DNA from: Chrysomallon squamiferum
Taxonomy: Eukaryota; Animalia; Mollusca
Assembly (NCBI GenBank): GCA_012295275.1
Contig: CM022665.1
Location: forward strand, 1,302,001-1,366,000
Length of the DNA stretch: 64,000 nucleotides
Direction: 5' to 3'
The notes below the pieces were generated by a model. That model had not been told where the DNA came from. It saw only the letters and a list, made by a program, of their open reading frames with translations, and made no database searches. Shown here piece after piece: positions 54,626-64,000 of this stretch. The translations under genes were made by a program, and so were the position numbers. Positions within the stretch are counted from its first letter, which is position 1. Every line of letters starts with the position of its first letter.

Positions 54626-56559
54626 AAAAACAAAAAAATAAACAAAAAAAAACAACCGCCCCCTCAAACAAAATTACCATTTCATTTAAACATCACTACA
54701 GATATTAACAGATACTTTTATACCAAACAATTATTAATGATAAACAAATATATATATATTTTAAATAGCATTAATATATTTAATCTGTATCCAATAATAG
54801 CAGGTATGTTTAAGAAAGTATGTTTGATCTGAAAACGCAAGAAGGACCATCGTTTCGGAACTTTGTTTTGCTGAAATATATAAAAGTATAATTTGATAAT
54901 CATCTAAGATTAGATGTTATTATTTGTCTTAGGACTTGTTGGGTGAACTGAAGTCGGAGCTGACAGGAGATTACGAGGAGATTATCTTGGCGCTGATGAT
55001 GACTCCTGTGGAGTACAACGCTTACTGTCTGCACGATGCTGTGGACGGTCTCGGCACCAACGAAACTGCACTCATTGAAATACTCTCAACTAGAAGCAGT
55101 CAGGTAAACATAGCTAGATATATATCAGTGAATTTAAGAGAAAAGCTAATTAATTTGGATTATTCTTTGGTGCGAAGAAGATTTATCAGGTACTGGAGTA
55201 TTTTTTCTACAGTGCATCTATATATAAACACACACATACACATTTACACACATGTTAACAGATTTGTAAAAAGGCTAAGAGAAAATAATTCTTTGATTTT
55301 TAAATATATTTAATGTTCAGATTCTTAATTTTCAACATGGACACCGTATTATAAACAATGTAAATAAATCAAATGCATAAATATTTCATTTCTGTTATTC
55401 AATGACATTACTGAGTAAAAAAATGTTTTTCTTTTAAAACGCGCGCACACATACATATTTAATTTTGTGGTGTTAATTTTTTGTCTTTAGTTATTATATT
55501 CGGTTTGTTTTACGTAATTGTATGTTCTTCATATCTGCATTTGTACACCGAGAAATGCATTACACCTGAAATAACATCTTTTTAAATGTTTAATGATGAT
55601 TTATATTTGTTAGTGCACCAGAACGGTGCAGTCTGAATTTCATATTTTTATTTCTGATACAAAAACATCTTTGTAAGCGATATAAAATACAACTTATATA
55701 TTATTTACTACAGTAGTGTGCTATCATGTTTACTTTAGATGTCAAAATAACCAGTGGAATGAAACTGATATTTTTCGATTCTTTCAACTACATAAACAGA
55801 AGGTTTATTTTATTTCCTATTAAAATAAATATTTCATATTTAAAAATAGTAAGAAACGATTACAAATTAAATTGGCTTTATTTTTATTCTAAAAAATAAC
55901 CATATACAAAATCTTACCCCCCCCCCGCCAAAAAAAATTAAAATAAAATAAAATCCCTAAAAAACACCAAACAAACAAGACAGAAATGAAGAAAAAAGAA
56001 ATAATGATTGTTTATGTAGTTTGCTGTAGTTTTGTCCTATTGCAATATCTCTTCACGTAAACTGAATTATAATTTTAGGATATGAAAGCAATAAAAGAGG
56101 AATATAAGAAGGGTAAGTATTAGTTTCATTAACAACTGAAAATTCTTTTTCTTATCAACGTTTACCATTTGGCCAAGATACCTGTATAGTGGCCATGATA
56201 TAAAGCTTTTGACATCGCTAATTAATTATATATATTACTGAGTAAACAAAATGTTTGTAATTAATGTATTATCTTTATTGCGAAATTAATTTCCTTGTAT
56301 AGTGTTATTTGACGACGGCCATGTATCTCTCTGCTTGTTAACATGTGATCTGTTTTAAACACAGCATATAAAAGTGATCTTGACGAAGATTTAAAAGGAG
56401 ATACAAGTAAAGGATTCAAGGAAATGTTACTGCAACTATCAAACAGTACAAGAGATACTGGATCTCAAGTCAACGCAAAAGACGCAGAAGATGACGCAAA
56501 GAAATTGTGCAAGGTTGGTAGATGACCCTTTTATCGTGTTTCGAGTTTCAAGATTTACA

Positions 56560-56593
<34 letters not shown>

Positions 56594-58015
56594 GCATTTT
56601 CTAAAAATATAAATAAATAAAAAATAATTTAAGAATTACAATGGAATTCATCGGACTCTTTAAATAAATAAATAAAGAAAGAAAGAAGAGCGGAAGAAAA
56701 GCACACTAATAATTTTCGGAAGTTAAAAGAAAGCAAAACATTTCGGAATAAAAAAAGATCAACAAAACGAGATAAAATAAAAAAGGTTATTAATTTAAAG
56801 TTCTGTTAAAGGTTTGCTTTGAGTTACTTAGATTTCATTAACGAACAAACAGCATTTTCTGCACTGCAGATAGTTTTATTATGCATTTTGAAATGGAATT
56901 TGCATCATTAAGTTTTAGTTCATTTTAAAATAGATACATTGGAAACATGATTAAACAGTGTCATTATCTTTTAAAATTATATATTTTCTGTATGGAAGAT
57001 ATTGTTTAGATTTTTAAAAAAATAAGAAAACAATCTACATCACATTAATATTACAAAAAATAGCGCAAAACGTATAAATAAAAGAAAAAAGAAAAAGAAA
57101 GGTTGTCTTAGTAAAAAATATTATAGCTTATACATTTTTTAGCGTTAAGCTCTGGTTGTGCAATAGGTGCAGTGTAATAATTTGGGTTATATGCTTATTA
57201 CGACCTAATTAGAGTTCTTGAATTTCCTGTGTCGGTTATGAAACGAGATATGAAAAATTTTGCATTAGCAAATTACATTGGTAATATCTGTTAATGTCTG
57301 TTTGCATTATCAAGATGAAGATTATTCAGTAAAGTATTGATTTGTAAAGTGGAATTTGTGGAACGTTTTCCTTGCAGGAATCGGGAAAAACTGCTAAACT
57401 TAATGTAGAGATTTTCAAAGACATCCTGCTGAAAAAGAATCCAGCACAGATCAGAAAAACATTTGAAGAGTTCAAGAAGGTTTGTCACATTAAATAATAA
57501 CAAAAACATTCCTGCTTAAACCTCAAAGAAATAGTGCATTGCATCGTAAATTTTAAAATTAATACATGTCGTTAGCTAGTAACAATAAGATTTTTAATAA
57601 TTGCTTAAAGATATAGGATCAGTTAAGCTACATCTGGTTTGTTTTGTGCCGACTGATACGATCATCAAATGTTTTACTTTAGCTTTATGAGACGTGAACA
57701 TTTTACAGTTTATAATAAAAGATTTTTCTGTTTATATTATGTTGTTGATATGACTGATTAGCGAATATGATATAAAAACAGGTTGTAATAATTTCCTCTA
57801 TCTACGTTTTCCATCCATTTTCGTAAAATATGTTACTTGTTTCAGATTTCAAAGCATGACATATTTAAATGCATAAAAGAAGCAATGTCTGGTGATACTG
57901 AAGATGGATATATAGGACTTGGTAATGGTTTTTTATATTTTCATATCATAGCAATAAAGACTGAAATAAAAGTTTAACAAAAGTCAAGTCGAATATAATA
58001 TCAGGAATTTGTTTA

Positions 58016-58066
<51 letters not shown>

Positions 58067-59125
58067 TATAATTATAATAATAATGACAACAACAACAACA
58101 ACACAAATATTATAAATAAATAAAATAAAATAAAATAATTTCAGAACCTGTTATAATAATGAATAAATATATCCAATAAAGATCTTGTTGCAATGTTTGT
58201 TTTTAATGTGTGATTCAAATTATATTTCAATATACCTCTATTTTCTTCTACGTTCACAAATTGCAATACAAGACTAGGCCTTCAGAAAAATATAATAAAT
58301 ATAAAAAATAAAAATAAATTTTTTTTAAACCTCTAGAGCATGACGATTTACACTGATGTTATGAATTGAATTTAATGCATCATTAACCTAAGTTATAACA
58401 TCTATTTTAAAATAATAATAACAACAAAAACAACAACAAAACAAAACAAAATAATATTAATTTTGTATTCGACTAACTTTACCCTTACAGGAATATGACG
58501 TAGTGTTTTTATGACATTCTGTTACAGTTAAGGCTTTGGAAGATCACATCCAATTCTTTGCTGAAGGTTTAAAGGATTCATTCGCTGGAATGGGTACAAA
58601 TGAAAAACGTGTCATACGGATTATTGTTTCTCGATCTGAGGTCAGTTACATTTCAGTGTATGAGTTGACTCTTTTGTATTGATATTTAAATACTATATAA
58701 TCAGACTTTCAGATGATACGAAAATGCATGTATATATATTTTCAATAATCAAAAATCATTGTCATCATCACCATCATCATTGTCCTTAAGATAATCTTCA
58801 TCATCATTATTGTCTAAATCAATTTTTATTCCAGCTGATATCATCTTCTTTTTGTTGTTGTTGTTGTTCTTCTTCTTATAATTATCAACATTATCTTTAA
58901 ATATATATTTATAGTAATTCATCCTAAACTTTATTATCACAGTAGCCATTACAATTTTCTAGATAGTTGAAAAAAGAATAACATACATTATTTCTTCAGA
59001 TTGATTTGGAAGAGATCAAGGCTAAGTATAAGGAACTCTATGGCAAAAACCTTTCAGACGCCGTGAAAGATGAATTCTCTGGAGATTTGAGAAAAACTCT
59101 TCTAACTTTGATTGGGGACAAGTAA
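36350..59125 (+). CDS. Predicted CFAP97(Hemingway)-domain plus 8-repeat annexin fusion protein, 27 coding exons, about 1058 aa
   Basis: Single ATG (36350) and single stop (59123-59125); every exon junction is phase-compatible GT-AG. The linking intron is 47642-50313 (ACT|gtttgt...ttgcag|TCG, phase 0). I found no start codon or separate first exon for the annexin part. Confidence 0.65.
38704..38782. repeat. (TG)n microsatellite, intronic
   Basis: Perfect TG run followed by CGCA/CA repeats. Confidence 0.95.
50314..53983 (+). CDS. Annexin tetrad 1 (divergent, lacks GxGT Ca2+ loops)
   Basis: Exons 50314-50371, 50858-50952, 51340-51453, 51582-51666, 52001-52080, 52334-52402, 52635-52736, 53067-53145, 53537-53640, 53840-53983. 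They translate to ADAKQLFK...EEIIIKTLVKKTHAQR, GRDDSTTVDTKRAEKDAKSLFESGDGRW, RSVAQVKAT, KNPQNVYAEKLYK, RSEID. Confidence 0.85.
50606..50785. repeat. (CTA)n microsatellite, intronic
   Basis: Long imperfect ACT/CTA run. Confidence 0.95.
54158..59125 (+). CDS. Charged linker and annexin tetrad 2 (largely canonical annexin core)
   Basis: Exons 54158-54541, 54933-55103, 56079-56112, 56365-56513, 57378-57479, 57846-57921, 58528-58640, 59000-59125. Motifs FDANDDVVKLHTAMKGLGTDE, LKSELTGDYE, AVDGLGTNETALIEILSTRS, GMGTNEKRVIRIIVSRSEIDL, DEFSGDLRKTLLTLIGDK*. Confidence 0.95.
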
Positions 59126-60031
59126 GACGTTGTATCAACACAAATATCTGCTGTTTATTTTCAGGATTCTGTCATAGACTGAACTATCTGATTATTTTTT
59201 TAAAATATTTCTTATTTATAATGCTTATTTCTTATTTATAAATTATGCTTTTTAATGCATGTTTTATATATGTTATCAAATATATTTTTAATGGGTGGTA
59301 GCTATAAATTTCATTTTGTTGTACCGTTATTTTTTGTTGTCTTTTATTTATATATTTTTATTTTTAACTTTTAAATTTTTTTATTATTATTAATTTTTGT
59401 CTTCTTGTTGTCATTCTGAAATATATCAACATTTTTATTTGTCACGTATATATATCTATACATTTATATCTTAATATATACAGTGTTTCTTTTTAAATAT
59501 TTTTAAAAATATTTTTCTGAAAATTGTAGAATATATATATATATATTTGATGCTTGATATCGTAAAGATATCTTTTCTATGCTGTTTGAAAATATATTTT
59601 TGAAAAACATCTAGTAAAATTGACGATTACTGTTTTAGGTATGGAGATTCATGATGACTAGAAAGAATACTGGTTATATTTCTATTATTCTTAATGATGA
59701 TTTTGAAAATATTTAATCTGTTTTATATTTACATGACATTTTTTCCTGAAGTGTTACCATTATGTAGATAAATATTAAATGCCGTGCGAGTTAATCTTGC
59801 ACATACTGTATTAATGAGATCTATAGTGAATACAACACTGATTTTAACGTGATATCTTGAATACAAATTCATCTGTGATCATAAAGTATTATAAAAATTT
59901 CAGCTGCAGTGCAAGTTAATTGGGAAAATAATTCTATTGATTTTACATGGTTAAAAATATAGCTTTTCTATTTACAAATTAAAGGTTCTTTATATCTATT
60001 TCTTAACCAAGAAAAACAATGTTATAAATGA

Positions 60032-60067
<36 letters not shown>

Positions 60068-60485
60068 TCGGCGAAAAAAAAAAAAAATCCATACTTACAA
60101 AATGTGTGGTGATTAATTTTTTTTAACTTTTAAAATTATTATTTTAATTATTACTTTCTTTTATGCAAATCTTAACTAAAGCACCAGCTGCAGTTTTAAT
60201 TCCTAATTGCATATTTTTAACAATTTTTTTAAATTTTGTTTTCATCACTTAGTCCTATTCTGGCGATGTTTTTTTTACTTACAAAATATATCTGTTAGAG
60301 ATACTGCTTTTAATACTACAAGGTACAAAAATTGCTTATTTAAAAAGAAATCTTTGTACATATTTATATATTTTACCTTTTGCTTCTAAAACTTCTAAGT
60401 GTTTAAATTTGTCTCTATTGAGATTTATCTGACATATCTAAACTGTTTGAAAATTAATAATGGTAGATGTGTAAGAAAACCTTTC

Positions 60486-60565
<80 letters not shown>

Positions 60566-60592
60566 CATAATAATCATAATAATAATTATAAT
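60486..60592. repeat. (TAA)n microsatellite (one of many, e.g. 9125-9168, 21114-21154, 21538-21586, 26497-26537, 39115-39167, 46268-46328, 58016-58083)
   Basis: Direct inspection. Confidence 0.95.
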
Positions 60593-61524
60593 GTTTATTT
60601 TATAATGACTAGATTACTAATTAATTTTAATAATTACTAGGTTATTTATATTACTCTAATGACTTAACTGTAAAATAATTAGATTATGTATTAATTTTAT
60701 ACTCACTACATTACTCAAGCTAAGTCCGTACTGTTAGGAAATCACAGATCTTTGATTATATTGATGCTAATAGATTTTCCATATATACATATATATATAT
60801 AAAGTGCAATAAGATTACATTTTCTTTCGTACTTTATATACCAATCTAAACTAGTATTTCAGCAGACACGTATTTTAAAATTATTTTTGTATTAAAATAA
60901 CCTATCATTATTTTATATTTCTTTGTGTGTCATCAATGTTTATACTTTTCCTGTTTATCAATAAAAATGATATATTTATTTATTTATATTATTTGCTATG
61001 ATAATAAATATATTTTTGTGATGGCTGAAGTTTCGTTGCATGGCAAGTATTCAAAACAAAATTTGAGTATCTGTGATATATTTACTGTCTTTTTGACTTT
61101 ATTATTATTTTTTCTTCAGGTTTTAATAAATGTGATACTGTCTTGAATTTTCTTTGTGTTTTTCTTTGATTTAGAGTGGTGATATAGACTAGTTTAGATT
61201 ATAAAGTGTATAATATACCTTTTTTGTCTGAGTATATGCTTTATATATGTATGTATGTGTATGTGCGCGTGTGTGTGTGGAGAAATTAAGAATCTTATTA
61301 CAAGTGAATCATTTTCAACTGACAATAAATAATTATAAATGTTAAATGAATAACGTTAACAAACATCCTACAGGATAATATGGAAATGACAATGAAAGTA
61401 CCCTGTTACATCTGCATTTTGATATTCAAGATATTAAAAACTGTCGACGAGTGATTGTTATAATTATTTACCAGTGTGATTAGTAAAGAAGTGCCCGGTG
61501 GCGTAGAGGTGATGAAAATTAAAC

Positions 61525-63982
61525 ATGTTTAACACAGGTGAGTATAATCAGTGCGGTTGTTTTTATTGCAGAGTATTTGATACAGATGGAGACAGTGAGT
61601 ATCAAAAATGCACAATGAACATTGTTTTGTGCAGAGAAATCGACCAAACTTAAACATATAACGATTGTGCTACAAGAACCATTTCTCTGTAAATACTGGA
61701 AATATACAAACCATTAGCTGTTCAGCAGCAACAGGATGAAAATTTATGTCATTAGCAGGAAAAACACACGAGAAAGGTTTGTACATGAAAAAGAAGCTGA
61801 GGCTGTCGCTCATGTACCTGGCGGTTACATACGTTTTAACTGAAATATTTGTTCAGTACATACATACATGTCATTAAATACACCTTGCATAGTTTTTGAA
61901 GTCATTTTATTAACTGAAATATTTGTTCAGTACATACATACATGTCATTAATTACACCTTGCATAGTTTTTGAAGTCATTTTATTAACTGAAATATTTGT
62001 TCAGTACATACATACATGTCATTAATTACACCTTGCATAGTTTTTGAAGTCATTTGTCTATCTGGTAATTCATTATGCAAACTTTAATAATTAACAACTG
62101 TGAGAAAACCCTACCTCAGTCCGCATAATGACAGCTTAATAAGGAACACGCCACCAAGACAGTCCTCTCTACTGCGATTTGAAATCTTTTGTTTGTAATA
62201 TTATTTGCAGATTGCACTGATGTGGAGATGACAGAAATGTATGTCACAAAATTTCAAAGGAAAACCATACTGTCACCATGAAAACAGAGTAAAACGTATT
62301 TGTATATATAGTTTGTCTTTTTTTAAAGTCTTTCATAGTCTGACATAGACTGCAATTTGTTCAATACCAGTGACAAAAAAATAATAACAACATCGAAACG
62401 AACTTAAATATTATGACAGTGGATAGATGAATAATTACATATGATAAAAAGGAAAGTTTGTGGATCTGTCTTATTGTTTATTAGCGGTTAAAAAAATGTT
62501 TATATATACATGAACACTGTTCTGTATGTATGACACCCCCCCCCCAAAAAAAAACATTTTAATAATCAGATGATTTTAGTATAGTTATTCTTCTTTTCCT
62601 CATAATCTTCTTTTTATGCATTTTTTAAAATTACTAAAGGAACAACAAAAACTGCAAATTATTTTAAAACAAATTATGTCTACATTTTGTTTAATATTAT
62701 ATCAAAAGTGATTTAAAAAAAAGTATTATTACTTTAAAAAAAAAATTATTTTCAATAAAAAAAAGAAGAAAGAAATAGATTTTTATTACATAAATATTTT
62801 TCTGAAAATATTACTCCTTCATCTTCAAAACTAATGTTATTGTGCATGCTCACATTTATGTGATATTTAGTTGTTAATTTTAAAATAAAAATGTATTTCA
62901 AGAAACTATAGTTTCTCAAATTAAAGGGGTAATGAAAAACAATATAAACTATGTAAAAATATCTACATTATTAAAACTTAAATGTACTGACATTTTCCAT
63001 TAGAAAAACATATTTTTATTTCTGATTATAGCTGGTTTTTATTTCTAGAAATTCTCTGTCACAATATAACAAGACTACAAACTGTAAGATTAAAATCTAC
63101 GCCCTGTTTACAGATATACAAACATGATGTTGATTTTCTTACAAAATATTTAGATCTATTTGAACCACTCCTTTTAATAAATCTGTGTTCTTGTTGACAT
63201 TAACATATTAGCTATGGTAATTAATACTGATCAGACAAGATATGATTATTTTCATTAATGACATTTCAAGATACCTTTAATTGCTAACCCCTTTGCATGT
63301 AATCAAATCAGCTGTAAAATCTTAATAAAAAAAAAATGAATTCTGCTTTAATTTTTTAAGTATTGTTTTGTCAAACAGAAGAAATCAAATCAATCTATGT
63401 AAGAATAATATAATGTTATAATTTTTATAATTGTGTTCTCATGCTGCTATAGATGCTATGCTAAGCCATCTGTAAACTCTGCTGTTCGCTTCAACCCTTT
63501 TATCACATTTAAATCAGTTATAATTTTTCGTTTTCATTTTTAAACAATTTTCAATAAAATCGCAAATATTAATAAAATCAAAGTAATAAAAAAAGAAAAA
63601 AGAAAAAGGAAAATGTACGTTGATTTATATTCTGAAAAAGATCCCAGATGCAAAATGCTGCAATATATACCCGAACTTTTTTACCTGACCTGCACAAGTG
63701 TTTGTCAGCGCAGTTAATTTTTAACCATAGAAGTGCCGCTAAATATTTCTATATATTTTTTATTTTTGAATTTTCGTAATTATATTATCACTTATCAGTG
63801 AAAATATTAATAATTTCCTTCGATTCGAACAGTTAAACGATTTACTATTTCATCTATACATTTCGTTCAGTGCTAAATGATTCTATGTATAACTTAGATC
63901 CTTTATGCAGGTTTGATGTAATTCTTTATAAGTTCATTAATAAAATGACTTTATTGCAGTGATGACGACATCAGGAACAGAG
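61525..63982 (+). CDS. Probable first micro-exons of a downstream gene (MFNTDCTDVEMTEIDDDIRNR...), continuing beyond the window
   Basis: ATGTTTAACACAG|gtgagt (61525-61537), ttgcag|62211-62238|gtatgt and ttgcag|63960-63982|gtaatt have strong splice sites and join in frame. The peptide is too short to identify. Confidence 0.4.
61836..62055. repeat. 74-bp tandem repeat, 3 near-identical copies
   Basis: TAACTGAAATATTTGTTCAGTACATACATACATGTCATTAA(A/T)TACACCTTGCATAGTTTTTGAAGTCATTT starts at 61837, 61911 and 61985. Confidence 0.95.
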
Positions 63983-64000
63983 GTAATTCGTCTACAGACA

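Overview
AT-rich, microsatellite-rich, intron-containing animal genomic DNA, probably a mollusc or other lophotrochozoan (inferred from the miR-96 sequence and gene style). Most six-frame ORFs are noise. The real genes had to be rebuilt from GT-AG exons, all on the + strand. (1) The 3' part of a gene encoding two tandem GPR158/GPR179-type extracellular modules, with a polybasic furin-like linker, no 7TM region and a GPI-like C-terminus (4926-8957); it hosts an intronic miR-96 hairpin (7867-7948). (2) A BTB-BACK (BTBD17-like) gene with a C-terminal MATH/TRAF-like region (18598-20452). (3) A 27-exon reading frame (36350-59125, about 1058 aa by my exon sum) that appears to fuse a ciliary CFAP97/Hemingway domain, through a charged linker, to eight annexin repeats: one degenerate tetrad lacking Ca2+ motifs and one largely canonical tetrad. 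This is the most unusual element in the window. (4) Probable 5' micro-exons of a further gene at the right edge. Intergenic and intronic DNA holds decayed piggyBac, BED-hAT and KRBA2/Ginger-like integrase relics, a hAT MITE with an 8-bp TSD, long inverted repeats, a decayed ~48-bp minisatellite and a sharp CpG-poor to CpG-rich switch at about 35.9 kb. All family assignments come from motif recognition by eye, not database searches.
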